The notes below the pieces were generated by a model. It had not been told where the DNA came from. It saw nothing but the letters and a program-made list of their open reading frames with translations, and made no database searches. Shown one piece after another: positions 7,542 to 15,158 of a stretch of DNA of 29,301 bases (the stretch's first letter is position 1; each line of letters opens with the position of its first letter). The DNA comes from Klebsiella phage ST16-OXA48phi5.3: sequence record MK416014.1. The stretch is one strand, 5' to 3'. A program made the position numbers and the translations under genes.

Positions 7542-7661
7542 ATGTCACAACAGTCAACCGCTATGCCTGATCCGCGCTACTTCCTGAAGTTGCTGCCACG
7601 TAGCATCAGGTATGACCCAATAAGCGGGATTTTTTACCTCATTGCGAAGCGGGCAGAGTAA
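7542..7661 (+). CDS. Hypothetical 39-aa protein, tightly coupled between cro and the next gene.
   Basis: ATG 7542 lies 1 nt after the cro stop with GAGGTG upstream. Its stop is 3 nt before the next ATG. MSQQSTAMPDPRYFLKLLPRSIRYDPISGIFYLIAKRAE. Confidence 0.35.
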   Translation: MSQQSTAMPDPRYFLKLLPRSIRYDPISGIFYLIAKRAE

Positions 7662-7664
7662 GCA

Positions 7665-7949
7665 ATGCAACAGGATTTCGTCAGGGTTGAAATGCCAGCG
7701 CTTTACTGCCAGGCGGATGCTCAGTGGATACAGGAGCAGTTGTTGAGATTGCCTTCATCACTGCGCCGGAAAATAGCTCTGAAGTATTCAGAGGTTTACG
7801 AAATTGAGTTTAACGCCGAGCCCGTTTCATTCCGACAGGACAACCGAGCTCGGCATGAAGCCAATGTGAGGCTTCGCAGATTCGTGGATGCACACGGACA
7901 CGCACTGCAGGGGTATACGACCCAGCCACCCCTGGCCGGATCACGATAG
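7665..7949 (+). CDS. Hypothetical early protein (94 aa), in the cII/YdaT position.
   Basis: ORF directly downstream of cro in the rightward operon. No family recognised. Confidence 0.55.
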   Translation: MQQDFVRVEMPALYCQADAQWIQEQLLRLPSSLRRKIALKYSEVYEIEFNAEPVSFRQDNRARHEANVRLRRFVDAHGHALQGYTTQPPLAGSR

Positions 7950-8210
7950 CAATCTGAAGGCCGCCTGGCTTAAAGGTGCCTAGCGGTTGAAATCTGATTC
8001 TCGTTTGTATTTGTGTACTAGATAACTGGTACGGATTTCAAAAATAAACAAGAGGAGGGGAGGGGGAGGAGTGCCTGTGTGTTAGTGCGAAGCACTGGAA
8101 CAGGCTCTTCCAACAGACGGGTACAAGGGTTAGGTAGATCTCGATCTATAGGACGAAACCAGAAAATCCGACGTACTAGGCAATGAGTACAAAAAAATAA
8201 TGGAGAAATT

Positions 8211-8579
8211 ATGAGCGCAGAACTGAAGCAAAAATTAATTGCCCTTCTGGAAGAGCAATTCCATCAGTCGAATGACAAGGTCACTTTCGACTATGTCATG
8301 CAAAAGAAAATCAAGTCGATGGGTTACCACCTGCAGCGTAATTTCGCGATCAGCCTGAGTGGTGGTCGCAGAGGGTTCGTTGACTGCCTGGTGACCTCAC
8401 CTGACGGGCAGCGCTGCGCTATTGAGGTTGACAATAAATCTCCCCGCAAACGCTCCCTGATTAAGCTCCACCAACTACCCGAGGGGATGTCTGGGTTTGT
8501 CTTGCTCAGGGATGGTGCGCATCCGCTTCGCTATGCCGACGACGGTATCGAAGTCGTAAGGGCGACCAGGTTTAAGTAA
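8211..8579 (+). CDS. Small protein with a possible PD-(D/E)xK nuclease-fold motif (VRR-NUC-like?).
   Basis: 122 aa with GGAG SD. GFVDCLV..x13..AIEVDNK fits a D...(D/E)xK arrangement. Sits immediately upstream of the SF2 helicase, as VRR-NUC proteins commonly do. Family assignment is unverified. Confidence 0.6.
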   Translation: MSAELKQKLIALLEEQFHQSNDKVTFDYVMQKKIKSMGYHLQRNFAISLSGGRRGFVDCLVTSPDGQRCAIEVDNKSPRKRSLIKLHQLPEGMSGFVLLRDGAHPLRYADDGIEVVRATRFK

Positions 8580-8620
8580 TTCCGTATTGTACTAGATAGG
8601 TGATACGAAAGGTGATGGTG

Positions 8621-10279
8621 ATGCTGAATATCGAACCGAATTTTGCTCAGGAGCGTGCGCTTAACTCACTGCGCCGTGGGTGGAAGCAAAACCGCACATT
8701 CATGGTCTACGCGCCAACCGGAAGCGGAAAGACCGGACTGGCGGCGTTTATCACTGCCGGCCTGGTTAGTCGTGGTATGCGTGTTCTGTTTGTCGCCCCT
8801 TATACGATCCTGATTAACCAGACCGCCCAGCGCTTTACAGAATACGGGTTGCCGGAAGACCAGATTAGTTTTATTTGGCGTGATCACCCGAACTACGACC
8901 CTAATCTGCTGATCCAGATTGCGAGCGCTGACACGCTAATCAGGCGTGAATTTCCAAAAAACATCGATCTGCTTATCGTCGATGAAGCACACCTGCGTAA
9001 ACGCCGCATCATGAAAGAAATCGAACGGATCACAACGGAGAAAAAAGCGAAGGTTATCGGTTTATCTGGCACCCCGTTTGCGCCGTTCCTGGGCCATTAC
9101 TATCAACACCTGATTAAGCCCACGACGATCGGCGAATTAATCCAGCGTGGCGACCTCAGTAAGTACGAATTTTTCGCCCCAACAAAACCGGATCTTAGCG
9201 GGGTAGAAACGAAGCCATCTATGGAGTTCGGTACTGATTACGACGAGTCCCAGCTGGCGGAAATCATGTGCGGTTCTGACCTGGTGGGCGATATCGTCGA
9301 TAACTGGCTTCGTCATGGTCGTGACCTTCCTACGGTGGCGTTCTGCGTTAACAAGGCCCACGCAAACTTTGTAACCATGCAGTTTAACAAGGCGGGTATT
9401 AATGCTGAGGTCATGGTCGCAGAAACACCCCACGAAGAACGGCAGGTGATGATTCACCGCTTCGAGACTGGCGCCACAAAAATAATCGTCAGTGTTGGTG
9501 TTTTGGTAGCCGGTTTTGATAGCGATGTTCGCTGCATTATCTACGCCCGGCCGACAAAGAGTGAAATCCGCTGGCTGCAGGCGATTGGCCGCGGACTGCG
9601 AACTGCACCCGGGAAAGATGCCTGCCTGATTTTTGATCACAGTGGTACCGTGCATCGCCTCGGCTTCCCTGATGCCATTGAATACGACGAACTACCGTCT
9701 AAAAACGATGGCATGAAAGGGGCTGCAGCGCGGGCAGCCAAAGAACGCGAAGAGAAACTCCCGAAAGAATGCCCTGAATGCCACTTCATGAAACCCGCCG
9801 GCGTCTACATCTGTCCGAAATGCGGTTTTAAGCCGCTGGTCGGTGAGGACGTAGAAACCGACAGCACCCGCAACCTCAAAAAAATGAGTAAAGGCGAGAA
9901 GGTTTACACCAAAAGCGACAAACAGTCCTGGTGGAGTCAGATCAAGTTTTACCAGCGTCATCGTGCGGCGCAGGGGAAACCTGTCAGCGATGGCTGGTGT
10001 GCTCATACCTTTCAGGAGAAATTCGGCGAATGGCCCAACGGCTTAAGCGACTTTCCAATGGAGATCACACCGGAGGTCAGCAATCACATCAAACACAAAC
10101 TTATCAAATTTGCTAAACGCCGCGAACGCCTGCAGCAGATGGGGAAGAAACCTGACCAGGATCTATTTCCACCTCCGAGCGCCAGTATCAAATATGAGCC
10201 TCCTGAGGGCAGCGACGGGCAATTAATTATCGAAGCAAAACGAAAGTTTCAGGAAAACGTAAACAGAGTGAGTCAGTGA
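8621..10279 (+). CDS. Superfamily-2 DEAD/DEAH-box DNA helicase of the phage replication module.
   Basis: Walker A APTGSGKT; motif II LLIVDEAH; SAT-like SGTPF. C-terminal Cys4 ribbon CPECHF..CPKCGF. The ORF opens at 8600 (GTG); ATG 8621 has the better SD (AGGTG, 6-nt spacing), and ATG 8615 is also possible. Confidence 0.88.
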   Translation: MLNIEPNFAQERALNSLRRGWKQNRTFMVYAPTGSGKTGLAAFITAGLVSRGMRVLFVAPYTILINQTAQRFTEYGLPEDQISFIWRDHPNYDPNLLIQIASADTLIRREFPKNIDLLIVDEAHLRKRRIMKEIERITTEKKAKVIGLSGTPFAPFLGHYYQHLIKPTTIGELIQRGDLSKYEFFAPTKPDLSGVETKPSMEFGTDYDESQLAEIMCGSDLVGDIVDNWLRHGRDLPTVAFCVNKAHANFVTMQFNKAGINAEVMVAETPHEERQVMIHRFETGATKIIVSVGVLVAGFDSDVRCIIYARPTKSEIRWLQAIGRGLRTAPGKDACLIFDHSGTVHRLGFPDAIEYDELPSKNDGMKGAAARAAKEREEKLPKECPECHFMKPAGVYICPKCGFKPLVGEDVETDSTRNLKKMSKGEKVYTKSDKQSWWSQIKFYQRHRAAQGKPVSDGWCAHTFQEKFGEWPNGLSDFPMEITPEVSNHIKHKLIKFAKRRERLQQMGKKPDQDLFPPPSASIKYEPPEGSDGQLIIEAKRKFQENVNRVSQ

Positions 10280-10280
10280 T

Positions 10281-11243
10281 ATGAAAACAGCAGAAGCTGC
10301 AAAAGGCCGGTGGGCTGAAATCTTTGAATATTACGGCTTACCTCCTTTCACCGGGAAACACCATTACAAGGGCGAGTGTCCGGTATGTAAGGCGAGGGGG
10401 AAGTTCCGCGTAGATGACCGTGATGGTCAGGGTACATGGATTTGTGTATGTGGTAGCGGCGACGGCATGAAGCTGCTGACCCTGACCCAGTCAAAAAGCT
10501 TTTCCGCCATTTGCGCAGAAGTGGACCAGCTCATCGGGAATAACTATCAGCGCATCAACGTGCCTGCTAACAGTTCGGCGGCGCGGCAGCGCCAGCGAGT
10601 CATTAGTAAGTTTTCAAAGTTGCTCGATTTACGGGGTACTAGCGCGGCTGGTTACCTTCTGCAACGTGGGATAAGCCGCCTGCCGGCAGAAGGCATCCGT
10701 TTTTGTGACCGCCAACGCCATGCGGGGCGCGTTTATCAAGCGCTGTATGCCCTGGCTACCGATGACAAAGCTGAGCTTTGTTACCTGCACCAGACGCTGC
10801 TGGACGGCGACAGGAAGGCAGATATTGATAGCGCCAAACGTCTTAAGTCGCTTCAAGAGGACAGCTATCTGGATCACGCCCGCTCTGTGGCCATTCGCAT
10901 GTTTCCGGTATCAACGACGATCGGCATCGCCGAAGGTATCGAAACAGCACTCTCCTGTTATCAGGTTTATGGCGTCAATACCTGGGCGGTAATCAACAGC
11001 GGGTTTATGAAGAAATTCCGGGTACCAGCGGGTGTGAAGCATCTGATTATTTTTGCCGACATGGACAAGCACTCTGCAACTGGACATGCCGCGGCGTTCG
11101 AGTGCGCCCACGCAAACCTGCTGGCGAAAAACGACCTGGTAAAAGTCAGCATCCGCTGGCCCGATAACGGTGATTTTAACGACATGCTCATGAATGGTGA
11201 TCAGGTTCGTGAGCAGGTATTTTACAAAAAGGTGGCTGCATGA
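10281..11243 (+). CDS. DNA primase with a Zn-ribbon and a TOPRIM domain.
   Basis: N-terminal CPVCKARGKF..WICVCGSGDG zinc-ribbon like the primase-helicase Zn-binding domain. Central IAEGIETALS (TOPRIM Glu) and FADMDKH (DxD). Start overlaps the helicase stop. Confidence 0.75.
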   Translation: MKTAEAAKGRWAEIFEYYGLPPFTGKHHYKGECPVCKARGKFRVDDRDGQGTWICVCGSGDGMKLLTLTQSKSFSAICAEVDQLIGNNYQRINVPANSSAARQRQRVISKFSKLLDLRGTSAAGYLLQRGISRLPAEGIRFCDRQRHAGRVYQALYALATDDKAELCYLHQTLLDGDRKADIDSAKRLKSLQEDSYLDHARSVAIRMFPVSTTIGIAEGIETALSCYQVYGVNTWAVINSGFMKKFRVPAGVKHLIIFADMDKHSATGHAAAFECAHANLLAKNDLVKVSIRWPDNGDFNDMLMNGDQVREQVFYKKVAA

Positions 11244-12022
11244 AACTTGAAGCATCGTTAAAGCATTTTAGCCCTCAGGGCATGCATACTAGCGACGACG
11301 TGAAAAGCACATCTCCAAATCGACTGACCGGAACAGATGTTATGGCGGCCATCGGTACCACCAGCAGTCGTGCGCGCTTCGGCCTTGCCGCTTTCCTCGG
11401 AAAGGCTGGTATCAGCAAAACGGACGAACAGCTTGCAATTCAGGCGCTGGCGCAGTTTGCCATCAAAAACGCTCCTAAAAATGTCCGCAAAGCCGCTGGT
11501 GACAAGCTCGCCGCCTGCATGTTGACGCTGGCGCAATTTGCCTTTGCGGAATACTCACGTTCGGCGGCCACCAGAGCAACGTGTCAAAGCTGCAGCGGTA
11601 CCGGCTTTATTTCCCGCCATGAAGATGTAATTAAGCACCCCGGTATTTTCGATGCTGACGGTGTCGAAGTGAAGGCCCCAAAGATTAGAAATGAACTGGT
11701 GAAAAGGGTCTGTGGAGTGTGCGGAGGAAAGAAAGTGATCCATGCGCGATGCAGGTGTGGTGGTAAAGGGGAGGTGTTAGATCGCAAAGCGACCAAAGAA
11801 CTTGGCGCACCGGTTTTCAAAACATGTGAACGCTGCTCTGGTAATGGCTTCTCTGTTGTACCCTCTGCGACGGTACACCGCGCCATTCTGAAGCGTCTCC
11901 CGGATCTCCATCAGTCTTCGTGGTCACGCAACTGGAAGCCGTTCTATGAAGGGCTGGTGGATATGCTTCACAAAGGAGAGAGACAGGCAGCGGCTGAATT
12001 TGAGAAGGCGACCATTTATTGA
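11240..12022 (+). CDS. Q: Late-gene antiterminator Q, lambda-Q family.
   Basis: 260 aa, collinear with lambda Q as I recall it. LTGTDVMAAIG aligns with LSGTDVMAAMG; FGLAAFLGK with FGMAAFCGK; AQFAFAEYSRSAAT with ATFAYADYCRSAAT; CQSCSGTGF with CRDCHGTGR (zinc site); SWSRNWKPFYEGLV with TWSRTVKPLYDALV. ATGA overlap with primase. Confidence 0.8.
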   Translation: MKLEASLKHFSPQGMHTSDDVKSTSPNRLTGTDVMAAIGTTSSRARFGLAAFLGKAGISKTDEQLAIQALAQFAIKNAPKNVRKAAGDKLAACMLTLAQFAFAEYSRSAATRATCQSCSGTGFISRHEDVIKHPGIFDADGVEVKAPKIRNELVKRVCGVCGGKKVIHARCRCGGKGEVLDRKATKELGAPVFKTCERCSGNGFSVVPSATVHRAILKRLPDLHQSSWSRNWKPFYEGLVDMLHKGERQAAAEFEKATIY

Positions 12023-12062
12023 TGTGATCGAAACAGATGGCGGCAAATTTTTGCACGATAGA

Positions 12063-12100
12063 GTTGACTTTGCATAAAATTGTCCTGTATTCTTCTAATC
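12063..12100 (+). promoter_or_regulatory. Candidate PR'-like late promoter just downstream of Q (alternative A).
   Basis: TTGACT at 12063-12068 lies 40 bp after the Q stop. The following TTGCATAAAATTG resembles the TTGAATAAAATTG I recall just downstream of lambda Q. The -10 is weak (TATTCT with an 18-bp spacer). Confidence 0.3.
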
Positions 12101-12433
12101 ATGGATACGTACATCCAAATGAAACTGATTCTGAACCCTGCCAACCGGCGGGGTTTTGCTTTTCTGGGGGAAGCGATGCAGCAGCCATATTTTTTTAACC
12201 CGGGCATGACCACTCAACAGCTTGAAGACTGGCTTGGACAACAGAAAATCTATCTTGCCCACTTCAACCGTCTGATAGCAGAAAAAGCCGCTCTTGAGGA
12301 GCGGCTAAGTCAGATCTCTGCGGAGATTGGGCGAGTCGCTACTGGTAGCTTTGAAGGAATGCTGAGTTTTCCCTGGGATCCCAGTCCTCTTGTGGAAAAT
12401 CCTCAACAGGATAGTGGCCAGTCGGCAGATTGA
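12080..12433 (+). CDS. Questionable ORF (117 aa). If real, it is the first late-transcript gene.
   Basis: Normal-GC ORF, but no convincing SD. Its 3' 95 nt overlap the convergent moron gene, and it contains the moron's minus-strand terminator hairpin. The real start may be internal (MQQPYFF..). Confidence 0.25.
   Translation: MSCILLIMDTYIQMKLILNPANRRGFAFLGEAMQQPYFFNPGMTTQQLEDWLGQQKIYLAHFNRLIAEKAALEERLSQISAEIGRVATGSFEGMLSFPWDPSPLVENPQQDSGQSAD
12274..12305 (-). terminator. Intrinsic terminator for the minus-strand moron gene.
   Basis: GCCGCTC-ttgag-GAGCGGC: 7-bp GC stem at 12287-12293 / 12299-12305. On the minus strand it is followed by UUUUUC (plus-strand A5 at 12282-12286). Lies 35 nt past the stop of the 12339-12785 gene. 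Confidence 0.55.
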
Positions 12434-12785
12434 GTGACGCCAGGACAGCGGCAGCATCTTCTGACATATAACTGGGCTTTAGTTGACTGGCAATGATAAA
12501 GAGACAGTCGTTTAGCGAGAGTCTTCTAATCTCTTCAGGTTTCCACTTGGTCATTTCGAAGATAAGGTGATGAAGAGCCTTATCGTTATCAAGATAATAA
12601 TAATCCGATGAAAAATGTTTCCTGTACTCATCGAGAATACATTCAAGAGTGAATATTTGTCCTATTCGGTACCAAACCTGCCTGGCTCTGTAACTGTGTG
12701 AGTCTGCCAGTAATGTTTGGGGGAAGTTGTTATTTTGGCAAACCCGTGACTTGATTACCTGTAAAAGGTCTGAGTACTTACTCAT
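12339..12785 (-). CDS. AT-rich moron: hypothetical 148-aa cytosolic protein, antisense to the late operon.
   Basis: The track gives the ORF as 12339-12812; I call the start at ATG 12785 (MSKYSDLL.., GGTGA SD) rather than 12812, which has no SD. About 38% GC across 12440-12850. It has its own downstream terminator and a candidate extended -10 (TGATAAAAT) upstream. It sits between Q and the lysis genes, a classic moron hotspot. Confidence 0.6.
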   Translation of the reverse strand: MSKYSDLLQVIKSRVCQNNNFPQTLLADSHSYRARQVWYRIGQIFTLECILDEYRKHFSSDYYYLDNDKALHHLIFEMTKWKPEEIRRLSLNDCLFIIASQLKPSYMSEDAAAVLASLNLPTGHYPVEDFPQEDWDPRENSAFLQSYQ

Positions 12786-12897
12786 ATTTTCACCAGTTGA
12801 TGTTTTAATCATTTGCGAATCAATTTTATCAAAGAGAAAAACAAGCCGCTACACGCTGATAACATCAGGCTGGGCGATACCTCAGACAAGCAGAGTA

Positions 12898-12926
12898 TTG
12901 AAACCTGAAAGACTGAATGTTAAATT
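12898..12926 (+). promoter_or_regulatory. Candidate sigma70 promoter (alternative B for the late promoter / leader RNA).
   Basis: -35 TTGAAA at 12898-12903, a 17-bp spacer, then an extended -10 TGtTAAATT at 12918-12926. Predicted start is ~12933, ~270 nt upstream of two tandem terminators. Confidence 0.4.
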
Positions 12927-13201
12927 TCTGGCGTGGTGAATCCCCCTATGCGGAGGGGCGACCAGTCAGTTACAGAACCTGTAAATGCAGCGCGGGCCAT
13001 GCCGACTGGGGCATGCTCACCGGGAGGCACCCGGCACCACGCAATGCCACTAAGCTATTTGGTAGTGGGGTTGTCGTTTCGGCTTCTCCAGCTATGTTTA
13101 AAAGGTAGTAACGGAAAAATGAGCGCTCTCCTGGTAAATCGGTAGCTCGGACTATTAGGTGCGTCTCGATCCGGTACAGAATCAGTATTGCCTACATTTC
13201 T

Positions 13202-13228
13202 GCCCGTTCCTCTGAGCGGGCTTTTTTT
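13202..13228 (+). terminator. Rho-independent terminator (first of a tandem pair; tR'-like).
   Basis: GCCCGTTC-ctct-GAGCGGGC: 8-bp stem with one G-U pair, followed by T7 at 13222-13228. Confidence 0.7.
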
Positions 13229-13273
13229 CGCCATGAATAAGGCGCCTCGGAAAGCTGAGGTACAAATCATTTG

Positions 13274-13308
13274 AGGCTGCGCTTATGCGCGGCCTTTTCT
13301 TTTTCCCC
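13274..13308 (+). terminator. Rho-independent terminator (second of the pair), 40 nt before the lysis cassette.
   Basis: AGGCTGCGC-ttat-GCGCGGCCT: 9-bp stem followed by TTTTCTTTTT. Confidence 0.7.
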
Positions 13309-13347
13309 TCAATTCTGAGAGGACTCACAGCAATAAGAGGGGGCTAA

Positions 13348-13743
13348 ATGTCCGATCCTGTTTCTGGCACAACGGTAGCTGCTGGCGGGCTGATGGGGGC
13401 CAGTATGTTCGGCCTTGCAACTGGCATTGATTATGGCGTGGTATTTGGTGCGTTCGCTGGGGCAGTGTTCTATGTCGCTACGGCAGTAAATATCAGCCGC
13501 CTAAAGCTGGTGGGCTACTTCATAACTTCATTCATCTTCGGTGTGATTGGTGCTCCTCTGCTGGGGTCTTACTTCTCAAAGTGGACGGGGTACAGTGACA
13601 GGCCGCTTGATGCACTCGGTGCTGTAATCGTTGCAGCCATAGCCATTAAATTGCTGACGTTCGTTAACAGTCAGGATCTGGGTAGCCTGTTTGGGATTCT
13701 CTCTCGCTTACGTGGAGGAGGGACAAGCAATGGTAACAAGTGA
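13348..13743 (+). CDS. Putative holin: 131-aa membrane protein with ~4 predicted TM segments.
   Basis: SD AAGAGGGGG. Hydrophobic stretches GLMGASMFGLATGIDYGVVFGAFAGAVFYVATAV, FITSFIFGVIGAPLLG and ALGAVIVAAIAIKLL. First gene after the tandem terminators and upstream of the endolysin. Confidence 0.6.
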   Translation: MSDPVSGTTVAAGGLMGASMFGLATGIDYGVVFGAFAGAVFYVATAVNISRLKLVGYFITSFIFGVIGAPLLGSYFSKWTGYSDRPLDALGAVIVAAIAIKLLTFVNSQDLGSLFGILSRLRGGGTSNGNK

Positions 13744-14011
13744 TCCGAGCGCAATCGTCAATGCGGTGATATGCGCTGTAATTGTTGGGGCGTTGATGTT
13801 CTATCGGCGCGACGGGTCAAGACACCGCCCCATGATATCGCTGATGGCTTACTTCACTGTGCTGGTTTATGCCAGCATCCCTTTCCGTTTCCTGTTTGGC
13901 TTGTACGAGTCATCCCACTGGCTGGTGGTACTGGCAAACATTCTTATCTGCGGCGCAGTTCTCTGGTTCAGGGGGAATATAGCGCGTCTGGTTGATGCAC
14001 TGAGGCACTAA
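13730..14011 (+). CDS. Second small membrane protein (93 aa, ~3 TM), a holin/antiholin partner candidate.
   Basis: Within the 13691-14011 frame; ATG 13730 has GGAGGAGGG upstream and overlaps the previous stop. TM stretches AIVNAVICAVIVGALMF, ISLMAYFTVLVYASIPF and LVVLANILICGAVLWF. Its stop overlaps the endolysin ATG (TAATGA). Confidence 0.5.
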   Translation: MVTSDPSAIVNAVICAVIVGALMFYRRDGSRHRPMISLMAYFTVLVYASIPFRFLFGLYESSHWLVVLANILICGAVLWFRGNIARLVDALRH

Positions 14012-14640
14012 TGAATCAATCACAATTTCAAAAGGCGGCTGGCATCAGCGCCGGGTTAGCTGTGCGCTGGTTTCCGCATATTGCAGCCGCGATGAAAGAG
14101 TTTGGCATCACTGCTCCACTCGATCAGGCAATGTTCATTGCCCAGATGGGACATGAGTCCGGAGGCTTTACCCGGCTGGTGGAAAATCTGAACTATGCAG
14201 CAGATAGCCTTGTGCCTACGTTCGGTAAACACCGTATCACCGCCCAGCAGGCCGCCGCACTCGGCAGAACGGCAACGCAGCCAGCTAATCAGCGAGCAAT
14301 CGCGAATCTGGTGTATGGGGGCGAGTGGGGAAAAAAGAATCTCGGTAATCAGGTTGCCGGTGATGGCTGGAAATATCGCGGTCGCGGTCTGAAACAAGTC
14401 ACGGGCCTGAGCAACTATCGCAGCTGCGGACTGGCGCTGAAGCTTGAACTTGTCACCCAGCCTGAGCTGCTGGAGCGAGATGATTACGCAGCGCGTTCAG
14501 CAGCATGGTTTTATGTTTCCCACGGTTGCCTGCTTCATTCCGGCGACGTGGAGCGTGTAACGCTGCTTATTAACGGTGGTCGAAACGGTCTGGATAAACG
14601 CCGAGCGCTGTTTAACCTGGCTAAATCTGTACTGGTATGA
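14011..14640 (+). CDS. Endolysin, glycoside hydrolase family 19 (chitinase-class lysozyme).
   Basis: 209 aa. MFIAQMGHESGGFT..NLNY..YGGEWGKKNLGNQ..GDGWKYRGRGLKQVTG..NY matches GH19 catalytic-core motifs. Sits in lysis-cassette position. Confidence 0.85.
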   Translation: MNQSQFQKAAGISAGLAVRWFPHIAAAMKEFGITAPLDQAMFIAQMGHESGGFTRLVENLNYAADSLVPTFGKHRITAQQAAALGRTATQPANQRAIANLVYGGEWGKKNLGNQVAGDGWKYRGRGLKQVTGLSNYRSCGLALKLELVTQPELLERDDYAARSAAWFYVSHGCLLHSGDVERVTLLINGGRNGLDKRRALFNLAKSVLV

Positions 14641-14647
14641 GGTCACT

Positions 14648-14923
14648 ATGGGCATTGAAATGATTATTGGTTTGGCAACTGCTTTGCTGGCGGTTATCGC
14701 TGGCGCGTTCGGTATTGGCCACGCTCGCGGGACCAGTAAAGCTGAATCAAAGGCCGAGCAGCAGCGCAGCGAAGAGAACGCCGCTGCTACAGTCGCCGCG
14801 GCAGAACGCCGGGCTGATGCAACGAAAGGGGCCAGCGATGTTGAAGAGAGCGTTAAGCGTATGCCTGATGACGATGTTGATCGCGAGCTGCGCGAAAAGT
14901 TTACCCGCCCCGGTAGTCGTTGA
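14648..14923 (+). CDS. i-spanin (Rz-like).
   Basis: Track ORF 14576-14923; I call the start at ATG 14648 (MGIEMIIG.., GAGGT SD) rather than the upstream track start. N-terminal TM MIIGLATALLAVIAGAF, then a charged, coiled-coil-like periplasmic domain. Immediately after the endolysin. Confidence 0.6.
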   Translation: MGIEMIIGLATALLAVIAGAFGIGHARGTSKAESKAEQQRSEENAAATVAAAERRADATKGASDVEESVKRMPDDDVDRELREKFTRPGSR

Positions 14924-15068
14924 CACGGCCTGCAGCTGGGTGCGGATCATCTACCTGACTGACCACGATATAGACGTGATGGATAAACAGACGAAGCGCG
15001 ACATTCTGGCGCACAACAAATCCGTGCAGGCCAACTGCCCGCAATCAACAGACAGGGTTACACGATGA
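14838..15068 (+). CDS. o-spanin (Rz1-like lipoprotein), overlapped architecture.
   Basis: Alternative frame. It starts inside the i-spanin gene and runs 145 nt past its end. MLKRALSVCLMTMLIASCAKS carries a lipobox (LIASC) signal; the mature part is Pro-rich. Confidence 0.6.
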   Translation: MLKRALSVCLMTMLIASCAKSLPAPVVVDTACSWVRIIYLTDHDIDVMDKQTKRDILAHNKSVQANCPQSTDRVTR

Positions 15069-15158
15069 CCAAGACAAAGAATATTGAATTTCGGCTGAGC
15101 AAACTTGAGAAAGGGCCAGACAAGAAGGTTCTGGCCATCATGGAGATAAGGTCGAGAG

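Noticed and set aside
9137-9655. 172-aa minus-strand ORF inside the helicase gene, and 9692-10006 likewise.
   Set aside because: Antisense to a helicase with clear Walker A / DEAH motifs, and no independent signals.
12917-13270. Plus ORFs 12917-13108 and 12933-13145, and minus ORF 13055-13270, in the Q-to-lysis interval.
   Set aside because: No SD and odd composition. The region is better explained as a transcribed leader with hairpins ending at two intrinsic terminators. I kept it as a regulatory-RNA finding rather than as CDS.
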